DNA of 26,326 bases, taken from IMG/VR virus record IMGVR_UViG_3300029862_000001, positions 117,276 to 143,601 of that record. One strand, written 5' to 3'. Under the pieces are notes generated by a model that was not told the DNA's origin, did not search any database, and worked only from the letters and a program-made list of their open reading frames with translations. Positions 8,801 to 16,159 of the stretch are shown here, in pieces (positions within the stretch are counted from its first letter, which is position 1; the number at the start of each line of letters is the position of its first letter). A program made the translations under genes and the position numbers. Source of the stretch: a virus. Lineage: Duplodnaviria; Heunggongvirae; Uroviricota; Caudoviricetes.

Positions 8801-9610
8801 GTCAAATACATGAACAGGGTTAGTTAATGAAGTATAGTTAGTTTTCTCGTTACCAAATTCATCGCACAAGGCCACAGCAAACTGATACACGCCCGCACGC
8901 AGGCTGCCCCCGTACTCTATCTGTACCGGCTCTACGCATGGCTGGTCCAGTAGCGGAAACACCCTAAGTTTCTCACATGCCAGAAAACAACCATTCTCCT
9001 GCATGAATTTGTCTCTATCGTATTCTTTATCGCATATCTTATACCCATGATAATGATACCATATATCACCTTCATCATCAGGAGTCAGAGCCTTGTCTAC
9101 AATAACATACCTGGGAGGATTATAATCGTCGGTCCAGTAAATACATTTTCCACATTTCTCTGTCTTTATTTCTATGGTTTTTATAGGATGGTAGATAGAG
9201 AAATTAAGGCACGGATCTTGCTCGTTGTCTTCCAGCAAGGTCTTCATGCCAGAGCACAAAGACTCCGATCCTTCTACCATAGATTCTATATCAGAATCGG
9301 ATAAGATACTTGTATCGGATTCAGGCTTGAAATAAGTTATTTTAGATACGCCTGTTTCAGGATTTGTTATAAAAAAATAGATATTGCCTGAAGTAAGATC
9401 ATTCTTATAACCAATAACTTTAAATCCATCGAAATCAATGCATTTAAGATTACTGTACTCATTAGATCTCATCCCAACATTACCGTCCTCGGATTCGATG
9501 TTGGCATTCAAGGCAAACGTATAATGCTGATCCGTAAGACTCGACGGATGCAGATCGCGATTCATACCTGTTTGAGGAACCGCTATGTTTCTGTTATCTT
9601 CTGATGCCAT
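2837..9610 (-). CDS. Large phage tail stabilization / muzzle-like structural protein (crAss-like)
   Basis: 2257 aa. The N-terminal GMNRD...ALNA motif, the IYWTDDYNPPRY, GYMRNEVYPF and IRHYRFPD motifs, and a C-terminal beta-propeller-like region (GHFWVD, WISYYSFCPD) resemble crAss-like stabilization proteins. Recognised by eye. Confidence 0.7.
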   Translation of the reverse strand: MASEDNRNIAVPQTGMNRDLHPSSLTDQHYTFALNANIESEDGNVGMRSNEYSNLKCIDFDGFKVIGYKNDLTSGNIYFFITNPETGVSKITYFKPESDTSILSDSDIESMVEGSESLCSGMKTLLEDNEQDPCLNFSIYHPIKTIEIKTEKCGKCIYWTDDYNPPRYVIVDKALTPDDEGDIWYHYHGYKICDKEYDRDKFMQENGCFLACEKLRVFPLLDQPCVEPVQIEYGGSLRAGVYQFAVALCDEFGNEKTNYTSLTNPVHVFDEQYIRINDGKWGERTNLGIRLKVSNLDRQVSHYKVAVIQNTVGYNGETQPVVDYFIEGIHPITEKTIYYYSDLNNKRTTFEHISLKRAIYNTSRGIVSVGNRLLQYGLTAEKEWNLQPVVSLMGHFLKWQASVAHEDLYKDGNACSLYVGYMRNEVYPFSISFKTSTGYKTPAFVLVPPPYDKAREEMNKDSIPYQSINAYAPDCSGVDRKYVWQYSNTAGDGVLIDDDAVVIDEEQKECNNPATVGQTVIVESNFATFKGKSRFIIDYDDIVGTPINYLSENIGLVACNNKENGNNERQICDIATKYREDGTQDYMEPIDHIRLPEMEGDCEVPHRQESILSAPVSLITGIVEDYIYKELEDMEHVSTDYLYTTGGENQNKYSVLFNYDTMDSLSEWMDEAFFGDNAGDKSGDGRQHLCSEFYPYLQPGSILKTVSDAIYVLDTMPCTCGCYIENYCSDPTVSRSDYNNFQNNNYILGGYILHIDGWSEKINGKGNWRAGRSTSTVINDQYRSKNGPKYCIEQFWPDASKKLQDMIYKNADTGIPETDWEFEGYVNNATLENPTGDKLNIGFASEFVVRKFVRNVMTNARFIRINRPEEWDIEGYKEENKVLYLEALGKIDGIMDAVSTNYVRVSFWKDIETWNPLGTIPVDFDRPEHASGHSVIINIARPAWGTIDDKFFKETIKQDYFYVTIESPVVAVPWIMTFRQIQFCKYKNEDTPDEEEESGKKPSRAILGVSFATGKTIYPYIFGIREKEVNKIDLSVDSITLRSTVLFASKCQTCGDRPINCKPRPYKYGDFAYWESSEKYPSNFELYDSSRMKIDTGRSYDDPKKTEAYSNIMNKLTEYYGAPLSDKNGLSYFKGHSYGGVDTSTVFCQQPIRHYRFPDNKHIPFMNSDERGYDIASEIYPVGIMVDENTIQVFLDFAVDSGLITQQQRDTIVGYELYRGDRRLNRSVVASGLAYDMLRYIGDDGNVNIYPNYPYNDLSQDQYNYTSGKRDEFISHPFDKGGNVWYSFCSPDIYFNKPELPNEVCIDGFQRGMSVGSFVPVEDHPKWTILGPAAYTIAASLAAVESSATIAAMIAEELQIRAQSGYIGGSAGLTGGGFLTNLSVAMLFSSMVSTVSQTLAKGPILYGKYRYDWLNTFINNGPRRNHAWYYTSVGLYNSMIGITDQDKYERNFARGLSSVKYMKSGVYPMMDASMSSKWGTGKNDNEGRFLFVNNIDRESSLFLSFGDPGEKGDGKSKYLLEYPNYVYNYDSSRIDDSVIAGSDVVAGRTFEQSKSVSYICSPYMRLMRYRPDQYGQIEDIKWISIGGCGFFTNEKKLMFGGDTVITRFSLKRKFPVFYNSAFGIGDMIPFPYMDYRNVGYPRYFVNYDTGEDALETIDNERFNSWTSSNKGKYAFYPNRKSLYELNGDTSGKYVDGRFYTWFYGIPQFLVESEINCNFRLEGSQPHELFYPKVGDFVWWTQEKNVSIHRDNNYKISPIYSSRMTLTPNVLPATYERRFYDCAYQRPNGVIWSRADVSENSQTDPWLTYKPMDYHEFPTSNGKLIHMKRIESDQILVRFEDQVSLHNAIDVIKERTSPGQAEMGTGSLFASRPLEYNTTDLGYSGTQSTEIISSEFGHFWVDTKRAQVFMTDPNGRNLKELSVGVRHWLKRHLPFKILRYGITNILTGTEMTEEDTDNKFIGLGLSLGWDNRYKRVLITKKDYIPVKNPAYYKYDGGRFLYNETEVLSNDKEISLKDEQYFKDVSFTIGYSCLKQEWISYYSFCPDYYIEQQQYFQTGINFPASDEKGGLWSHLLTNKSFQTFYGTTYPFILEVPIKEKYNGSTLASVEYELDARKYVDDVNYTLDRKVGLDTITIYNDTNNSGEIHLVPEEKNNLAQRISYPKIVGDHTEVLDTEVYRRHKLNDFFNRVDDDRSETPIWIKDDNDINKSVNPDSLNFRRSWLDRLRGSWMLMRIKKVISNRKIIFQWLISEDKIKNR

Positions 9611-9628
9611 CTTTGTAACTGTTTGTCA

Positions 9629-9636
9629 CAAAGATA
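9629..9636 (-). promoter_or_regulatory. Bacteroidetes -7 element upstream of the large structural gene
   Basis: TATCTTTG on the minus strand, 18 nt before the ATG. No clear -33 element. Confidence 0.5.
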
Positions 9637-9734
9637 GCAAAAGAAGAACTAACTCACACAACAGAAGCTACTGGAATAACAAAACCTTGCGCCATAGCTT
9701 TATGGTAGTCTCCTGTTAAATAATTATTGTTAAG

Positions 9735-11079
9735 GTGATTATATACAACTTTACACCACAAATATACCGAATTGTTTTTATTTATAAATAATAATTCCTG
9801 CATTTGTGCCATGAGATTAGTCGAACAACATACAATCAAGCCAAGTTCTGTTTATTACAATGAACTTTATGATCTATTGCATAAGTGTAAAAACTTATAC
9901 AATAAAGGATTGTATGTTGTTAGACAACATTATTTTCAATACAAGGATGATAATACTGTAAAGTACAAATATCTCAACTATTATTCTCTCGAAAGAGTGT
10001 TGAAAACAGAAAATGATGTTGACTATCGTGCTTTACCAGCACCAGTTGCTCAACAGGTGTTGATGATGGTTGATAGAAACTTTAAATCTTTCTTCAATCT
10101 CTTTAATAAAAAGAATAGAGGTGAGTATTCCGAATTTGTTAGAATACCTAAGTATCTTAACAAAGATGGTTTGTTCCCTGCTGTTTTTACAACAAATGCT
10201 TTTTCTCAAAAATGGATAAAACAAGGCATTGTTAAGTTACCAAAACAATTTTCCTTTACAACAAGGACTAACAAACAAAATATCCAACAACTTAGATTCA
10301 TTCCTAAGAATGGGTATATTGTTCTTGAAATAGTTTACAACAAGAAGGAAAAGGATCTTATGTCAGATAATGGAAACTATCTTGGTATCGACATAGGATT
10401 AGATAATTTAGCATCTTGTGTTTCTAACAACGGTTCTTGTTTTATCATCAATGGTAGACCTCTGAAGTCTATTAACCAATATTATAACAAAAGGTTAGCA
10501 TTCTTAAAATCTAAGTTAAAAGATAATAAACATACTTCAAAACAAATAAGGTCATTAACAAACAAAAGGAATAACAAGATCAAAGATTATCTTCATAAGG
10601 CAAGTAGGATATTGATTAATCACGTAGTTTCCAATGGTATTAATACGATCATAATCGGTCATAACAAATGCTGGAAACAAGAGATCAATATCGGAAAACG
10701 AAATAATCAGAACTTTGTATCTATTCCTTTTAATATGTTTATTTCAATGATATCTTATAAAGCAACATTAGAAGGGATAAATGTTAAGATCGTTGAAGAA
10801 TCTTATACTTCAAAATGTAGCTTTTTGGATAATGAACGGATTTGCAAACATGAATCTTACAAAGGAAGAAGGACCAAACGAGGATTGTTCAAAACTTCTT
10901 CTGGTAAGACAATTAATGCTGATATCAATGGTGCTTTTAACATCATTAGAAAATCAGCAAAAGAATCCTTTGATGTAACGATGTTACCAGAAGGTAGAGG
11001 GTTTTGGTGGAACCCTCTACGGATTTCCGTATAAATGTATATTATTTTACGCTTTTGGTGTAAAGTGCTATATAGTCAC
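9735..11079 (+). mobile_element. TnpB-only element bounded by 24-bp imperfect inverted repeats
   Basis: Left 9735-9758 gtgattatatacaactttacacca versus the reverse complement of 11056-11079 gtgactatatagcactttacacca: 21/24 identical. The interior is AT-rich and oriented opposite to the flanking genes. Confidence 0.7.
9811..11034 (+). CDS. tnpB: RNA-guided endonuclease TnpB (IS200/IS605 OrfB family)
   Basis: Likely start is ATG 9811 (MRLVEQH..., 407 aa). RuvC-I GIDIGLDNL, RuvC-II VEESYTSKCS and RuvC-III NADINGAFNI are all present. The zinc finger is degenerate. Confidence 0.93.
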   Translation: MRLVEQHTIKPSSVYYNELYDLLHKCKNLYNKGLYVVRQHYFQYKDDNTVKYKYLNYYSLERVLKTENDVDYRALPAPVAQQVLMMVDRNFKSFFNLFNKKNRGEYSEFVRIPKYLNKDGLFPAVFTTNAFSQKWIKQGIVKLPKQFSFTTRTNKQNIQQLRFIPKNGYIVLEIVYNKKEKDLMSDNGNYLGIDIGLDNLASCVSNNGSCFIINGRPLKSINQYYNKRLAFLKSKLKDNKHTSKQIRSLTNKRNNKIKDYLHKASRILINHVVSNGINTIIIGHNKCWKQEINIGKRNNQNFVSIPFNMFISMISYKATLEGINVKIVEESYTSKCSFLDNERICKHESYKGRRTKRGLFKTSSGKTINADINGAFNIIRKSAKESFDVTMLPEGRGFWWNPLRISV

Positions 11080-11831
11080 ATATCTTTTACCCCTAATCAA
11101 AACAGTTCCATCACCGCCGGTTCCTTTCGAGCCGCATCCGCCTCCTCCGTAACCACCACTTTTTCTGTTTCCTCTTCCGATTCCACATCCTTCATCATAA
11201 TCAGATTCACCTCCCATACCACCATCCCTATTTCTATCAGCTCCACCACCTCCGGCATTTCTTTTACCCGTCGGTTCTCCAAAATCTCTGGTTGTATATC
11301 CTTGACCTTTTCCTCCTCCATATTTCGTTCCAGGTGGGTGATATATCCCATTACCGTCTGTTATTCCAGGGGCATCAGATCCATCCGATCCAGCGTAAAA
11401 CTCATCACCTGATTGATCTACAGATCCTCCACTTCCACCATTTCCTCCAGTATAAGGACCACCTGTTGAGTTTTCTCCGTTAAGAAGACCATTACCAGAA
11501 GGATTTCCACCCTCTGCTCTGTAAGATGAGTTCATAAATTGAGAGAATCCTCCCTTCTCAGGATAGCCATAATACAAACCTGCTCCACCTTTTCCTACTA
11601 TGATATTAATTTCTTGACCTGGTGTTACAGATATTTGAGAACCTTGTTTTATTCCTATATTGTTTCTTTTGTAAGTCTTGGTATATCCACTTCCGGCGCC
11701 AGAACCGTTTCCACTTCCACCACCTCCACCAACAAGAAAAACATCTACTTCCGTGCATCCTGCCGGCACTACCCATGTGTAATTACCGGCCGGATAAAAC
11801 CTTATAAGAAAGTCCTCAAGCTCCCTATTTT
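11068..11831 (-). pseudogene. Glycine-rich tail-fiber/receptor-binding-like gene, body separated from its start codon
   Basis: YTWVVPAGCTEVDVFLVGGGGG...VTPGQEINIIVGKGG...GGDGTVLIR is a glycine-rich domain. The frame is open upstream of 11769 (NRELEDFLIRFYPAGNYTWV) until the junction near 11831. A shortened product from GTG 11769 is possible. Confidence 0.7.
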
Positions 11832-12057
11832 ATCGGGAAAATTACGCTAAATCTACAGAATAGCTTAAAATGAGCGAATTATGAACTTTCTACCTCAATA
11901 GAGGTAATGATTTGGCAATAGTTCTAATTTCAGCAATATGCGTACGTTTGCTGCCAAACAACTCTTTTCAAGTGCAAAAATACAATATTTCTTTAAAATA
12001 GAATGTGAGAACAACGTTAAAAAATTATATATTGGAATAAAAGTGAGAATAATTCAT

Positions 12058-12065
12058 TATCTTTG
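12058..12065 (+). promoter_or_regulatory. Bacteroidetes -7 element for the HTH-R-M operon
   Basis: TATCTTTG lies 17 nt upstream of the HTH start. A divergent TATTTTTG is on the minus strand at 11975-11982. Confidence 0.55.
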
Positions 12066-12082
12066 CAAAAAAATAAAATATT

Positions 12083-12280
12083 ATGGATATTAATCGTTTG
12101 AAAATAGTGCTTGTTGAAAAGAAAAAGACGAGCAAATGGTTGGCAGAACAGTTAAAGGTAAACCCTTCTACTGTTTCAAAGTGGTGTACTAATACATCAC
12201 AACCTCCATTAGAATCTATAATTAGCATATCGAAATTGTTAAATGTTGACATAAAAGAATTGATAAATAATTATGAGTAG
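12083..12280 (+). CDS. XRE/Cro-C1 family HTH regulator (possible R-M controller)
   Basis: 65 aa NRLKIVLVEKKKTSKWLAEQLKVNPSTVSKWCTNTSQPPLE. Overlaps the endonuclease start by 8 nt. Confidence 0.9.
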   Translation: MDINRLKIVLVEKKKTSKWLAEQLKVNPSTVSKWCTNTSQPPLESIISISKLLNVDIKELINNYE

Positions 12281-13241
12281 TAAAAGTAACGACCAGGGAC
12301 GTGCATACGAATACATTTGCTTGCATTCTTTGCAGGATGCAATAAGTGCTATTCGTAAATCACAAATAATTCATAATAGCAGTTATGAAGCTGCTGAACA
12401 TGCATGGAATACATTGAGTGTTGCGGAAAAGGCTTTATACACACTGAGTGCGAAATCAACAATTGATACAATATTTGCATTAGAACCAAATATCGTAGAC
12501 GTTGGTGATGACACTCTGAATTTGTATATTCAAAGCGATGAACATGGTGAAGACGCAGATGTTCGTGACATTATCATTGACCGTAAAGATATTGTTTGGG
12601 AGATTGGACTAAGTATAAAGCACAATCACATGGCAGTAAAGCATAGCCGTTTAGCCAAAAGTTTAGATTTTGGTCAAAAATGGTATGGAGTTAACTGTTC
12701 TGAAGAATATTGGAATGCAGTAAAGCCAACATTTGATTTTCTTGAAGTAGAAAAAGCAAACGGAACTTACTTCAGGGATTTAAACTCTAAGGAAGATGAT
12801 GTTTATGTGCCATTATTGAAAGCTTTTATGCAAGAAGTAAAGACACAAGTAGAGAATAATGCTGATGTTCCTCGTAAACTTGTTGAATATTTACTTAGCA
12901 AATATGACTTTTACAAGGTTATTAGTATAGATAATATTAGTATAGATAATAAAAGAGTTACCACAATACAGTCATTCAACATGTATGGAACTTTAAACCA
13001 AGCAAGTAAGACGCAGAAACCGTCTTTAGAAGTTCCTGCAATGGAATTGCCTACGACTTTACTTTTTATGGATTTCAAACCTAAAAGTAAGACCACGGTA
13101 ATTATGAGTTTTGATAATGGTTGGCAATTTTCATTCAGAATACATAACGCAAAAGATATGGTAGAACCATCTTTGAAGTTTGATGTTCAGATTGTAGGAA
13201 TGCCTCCTGCTGTAAATATAAAGTTTAACTGTAAGTGGTAA
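12273..13241 (+). CDS. HaeIII-family type II restriction endonuclease (predicted GGCC)
   Basis: [11 protein letters not shown]-terminus, DVRDI...[16 protein letters not shown] and [10 protein letters not shown]...[10 protein letters not shown] motifs. Adjacent to an M.HaeIII-like methylase. Confidence 0.85.
   Translation: MSSKSNDQGRAYEYICLHSLQDAISAIRKSQIIHNSSYEAAEHAWNTLSVAEKALYTLSAKSTIDTIFALEPNIVDVGDDTLNLYIQSDEHGEDADVRDIIIDRKDIVWEIGLSIKHNHMAVKHSRLAKSLDFGQKWYGVNCSEEYWNAVKPTFDFLEVEKANGTYFRDLNSKEDDVYVPLLKAFMQEVKTQVENNADVPRKLVEYLLSKYDFYKVISIDNISIDNKRVTTIQSFNMYGTLNQASKTQKPSLEVPAMELPTTLLFMDFKPKSKTTVIMSFDNGWQFSFRIHNAKDMVEPSLKFDVQIVGMPPAVNIKFNCKW
12921..12950 (+). repeat. Perfect 15-bp tandem duplication inside the endonuclease gene
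   Basis: attagtatagataat x2, encoding [10 protein letters not shown]. Confidence 0.95.
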
Positions 13242-14254
13242 ATATGAATTTAATAAGTCTTTTTTCTGGCGCAGGTGGTCTTGACAAAGGATTTCACAAT
13301 GCAGGATTTCATACTGTGGTAGCCAATGAATTTGATAAGAAAATATGTCCAACATTTAAAGCGAATTTCCCTGAGACAAAATTGATTGAGGGGGATATTA
13401 GAAATATACCGTCAGATGCTTTTCCTGACCATGTGACAGGTATAATTGGTGGACCACCATGCCAGTCATGGAGTGAGGCAGGTTCTTTAAAAGGTATCGA
13501 AGATGCACGTGGTCAGTTGTTCTATGAGTATATCAGAATATTGCGTGATACCCAACCTTTGTTTTTTGTAGCAGAGAATGTGTCGGGTATGCTTGCCAAA
13601 CGACATGCGACTTCAGTTAGTGGATTTATGAAGTTGTTTGATGAAGCAGGATATGACGTTAATCTGAAAATGCTTAATGCCAATGACTATGATGTTCCAG
13701 AAGACCGAGACCGTGTCTTCTATATTGGCTTTCGCAAGGATTTGCACATAGGCGATTATGAATATCCGAAGCCACAAGAGCATAAGCCAACTTTACGTGA
13801 GGCTATTTGGGATTTACAGGACACAGCCATACCAGCAAGAGAAAAGAATCATACTAACGGAAATGCTTGCGCTGTTCCTAACAATGAATATTTTACAGGT
13901 GCCTTCTCGCCAATATTCATGTCACGCAACCGTGTTAGAGCATGGGATGAACCTGGATTCACCGTTCAAGCAAGCGGAAGGCAATGCCAGCTTCATCCAC
14001 AGGCACCTAAGATGATAAAGGTCGAAAAGAACTTGCAAAAATTTGTTGAGGGGAAAGAGCATCTATATAGAAGAATGACAGTCAGAGAAGTTGCTCGTGT
14101 TCAAAGTTTCCCTGATGACTTCAAATTCATATATGACGAAGTGAATTATGGTTACAAGATGATAGGTAATGCTGTTCCTGTCAATCTTGCGTATCATGTG
14201 GCATTAAGTATAATTGAGACATTGAAACGACATAATATTAATATAGATAATTGA
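13235..14254 (+). CDS. C5-cytosine DNA methyltransferase, M.HaeIII-like
   Basis: Motif [35 protein letters not shown] and X IGNAVP. The TRD segment [12 protein letters not shown]...[16 protein letters not shown] resembles GGCC-specific enzymes. The start may be ATG 13244. Confidence 0.93.
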   Translation: MVNMNLISLFSGAGGLDKGFHNAGFHTVVANEFDKKICPTFKANFPETKLIEGDIRNIPSDAFPDHVTGIIGGPPCQSWSEAGSLKGIEDARGQLFYEYIRILRDTQPLFFVAENVSGMLAKRHATSVSGFMKLFDEAGYDVNLKMLNANDYDVPEDRDRVFYIGFRKDLHIGDYEYPKPQEHKPTLREAIWDLQDTAIPAREKNHTNGNACAVPNNEYFTGAFSPIFMSRNRVRAWDEPGFTVQASGRQCQLHPQAPKMIKVEKNLQKFVEGKEHLYRRMTVREVARVQSFPDDFKFIYDEVNYGYKMIGNAVPVNLAYHVALSIIETLKRHNINIDN

Positions 14255-14562
14255 TGAATATAATATCACTATTTGCAGGATGTGGAGGTCTTGACCTTGG
14301 GTTTGAAAGGGCTGGGTTCAATGTGATTTGGGCAAATGAATGTGATTCTTCTATATTTGAAACATATAGAAAAAATCACCCAAATACCATGTTGAATACT
14401 ACCGATGTGCGCTTACTCAAAGACCAAGACATTCCATCTTGCGATGGTATTATTGGTGGTCCACCATGTCAAGCATGGAGTGAAGGTGGCAAGCAACTTG
14501 GATTTGAAGACCCAAGAGGTCAGTTGTTTTTAGAGTATATCAGGAATGCCATCCTTCTGTAA
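14251..14562 (+). pseudogene. Truncated second C5 methyltransferase
   Basis: LFAGCGG and GGPPCQAWSEGG...DPRGQLFLEYIR are present. Similarity ends at about 14543, before motif VI. Confidence 0.85.
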
Positions 14563-15140
14563 ATATAAACAAGAAACGTAATGCGGTAGAGAGAAATACG
14601 TTCAAAAACAAAGTCTGTAACATAGTGCAAAAAAATATCTTCTTGGAAAGTATGACCAAAGAAAAGAAGTTAAACATTTTCATTGATAGATATAATTTTA
14701 CAAATAAGGGAGATTTGGATGGAGATAAAGTAAAATTAACACCAGAAGCATTTGCTGAAGAAGTCGAAATCTATTTAAGAAATATGTTTAATGGATTTAT
14801 ATATCCTACTAAGCATATTAAAAGAATTAAAGTTTGGGAGACACGTGGTAGAAACATAGTTCAATTCAATTCTATAGCTCGAAGGGATTCTGTACCTTGG
14901 CAAGATTTAGAAAAATGTATAGAATCTAAAAACAGCAAATACTCTATCTATCAAAAGAAAAACAAATGTGATGAATATTGGCTTTGCATTTATCTTCCTT
15001 TTGAAGAGAATAAACATCCTTATGAGGTGAGTAATGAGTTGCTTTCAGAAAATGCAAAACAAAAGGTTATGTCAAGTCCATTTAAATGTATTGTTGTAAC
15101 ATCGGTAATGCCTATAGATTTAGCGATACTAAAGGATTGA
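14544..15140 (+). pseudogene. 5'-truncated hypothetical gene (ORF track start 14625)
   Basis: The frame is open upstream of GTG 14625 (ECHPSVNINKKRNAVERN...) back to the point where methylase similarity stops, which suggests a deletion junction. Confidence 0.5.
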
Positions 15141-15456
15141 TAAAAATTAGATAAAAACGTAGAAAGCATTGGAATTAAATTGTTACCAACTTCAAATTGT
15201 TCGACTTGGGAGGAACAATTTCCCAACTAACATATTTCTTTTGGGGAGTTACCCAAAAGGTTTTGAGTAACTCAAAACATACCTTGCTGTGTCTTTGTGG
15301 ACACAATGTTTTGGAAAGAATAAAACCTAATACCATGATTCCTAAGACATCACCAAATTTTTGAGAGCTTTTTTGTGTTAAAATAAGCAAAATAGCCCCC
15401 AGAAAGCATATAGTCATACCTACCCCTGTAGCAGAAGAAGACATTTTTTGACTTTT

Positions 15457-15481
15457 CTGTTACAAAAAAACGACGCCTCAT
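15457..15481 (-). pseudogene. Detached 5' end (MRRRFFVT) of the glycine-rich gene
   Basis: ATG AGG CGT CGT TTT TTT GTA ACA G joins in frame to AAAAT AGG GAG at 11831. Confidence 0.6.
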
Positions 15482-15555
15482 AATATATCAGGAATTACCC
15501 CCCCCTATATATAATAACTTATTGTAAATCATATAATTATATTTAATATAGATAA

Positions 15556-15705
15556 TCAAACAAATACAAAGAAAGAATCATTGCGATACATACTACTCTT
15601 CTCTGTTGCAGAAGTAATACAATCAGGTTCTATTTCTGTTTTTACACAATGATAAATAGCTCCATTACCAGATCTTTGTTCTTCAAAATATCTTCTCCTA
15701 CTCAC
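15556..15705 (-). CDS. Small hypothetical protein or gene remnant (49 aa, MSRRRYFEEQRSG...)
   Basis: The GTG start overlaps the upstream stop by 8 nt, and the RRRYF N-terminus resembles the neighbouring MRRRF start. Confidence 0.4.
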   Translation of the reverse strand: MSRRRYFEEQRSGNGAIYHCVKTEIEPDCITSATEKSSMYRNDSFFVFV

Positions 15706-16159
15706 GATAATACTCCTTTCTGTAATATTTCAAGAAACTAAACCCTTCAGACTCTCTTCTAAATATACCAGGTTTGTTCCAGTCATTTTCAAGATCGAAG
15801 GCCTCTCTTTCAAATACGATATTGTGATATGCTTTCTTGTGATTCCGGTATATACACAATCTTATTAGGTATTCAACCAGATACCATACATAGTACAAAA
15901 ATACCGGGATAGTAAGCAGCCACAACATCCACCATCCTGCATGGCCGTTAAGACCAGATACTAATGCTATGATTGAGATGATTATAAAGCCCGTAGCAAA
16001 CAACGCCTGATATTGATTACAATGCGTCCCTTCATGATATTCTGCCTTTAATGATATGGCATCACGTTCGGTAAATACGGCTCCAAACAGCATAATTGTT
16101 TTATAGCCGTCAATGAACGTAAACAACTTAGCTATCTTAGAATTGTAATAGATTTTCAT
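15698..16159 (-). CDS. Hypothetical membrane protein with HExxH zincin-like motif
   Basis: HEGTH, two hydrophobic segments and a downstream FEREA motif. 4-nt overlap with the upstream gene. Confidence 0.7.
   Translation of the reverse strand: MKIYYNSKIAKLFTFIDGYKTIMLFGAVFTERDAISLKAEYHEGTHCNQYQALFATGFIIISIIALVSGLNGHAGWWMLWLLTIPVFLYYVWYLVEYLIRLCIYRNHKKAYHNIVFEREAFDLENDWNKPGIFRRESEGFSFLKYYRKEYYRE

Larger units (their letters stand above)
11832..15456 (+). mobile_element. Inserted ~3.6-kb restriction-modification cassette with no integrase or transposase
   Basis: The genes are on the opposite strand to the flanks and AT-rich. TTTT occurs at both junctions (11828-11831, 15453-15456), and removing the segment restores an in-frame ORF. 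Boundaries are approximate. Confidence 0.65.

Noticed and set aside
9772..11034. Cas12f-type CRISPR effector
   Set aside because: There is no adjacent CRISPR array, and the size and context fit TnpB.
15020..15444. Minus-strand ORFs 15175..15444 and 15020..15226
   Set aside because: They have no recognisable motifs and overlap a palindrome-rich, probably non-coding element end.
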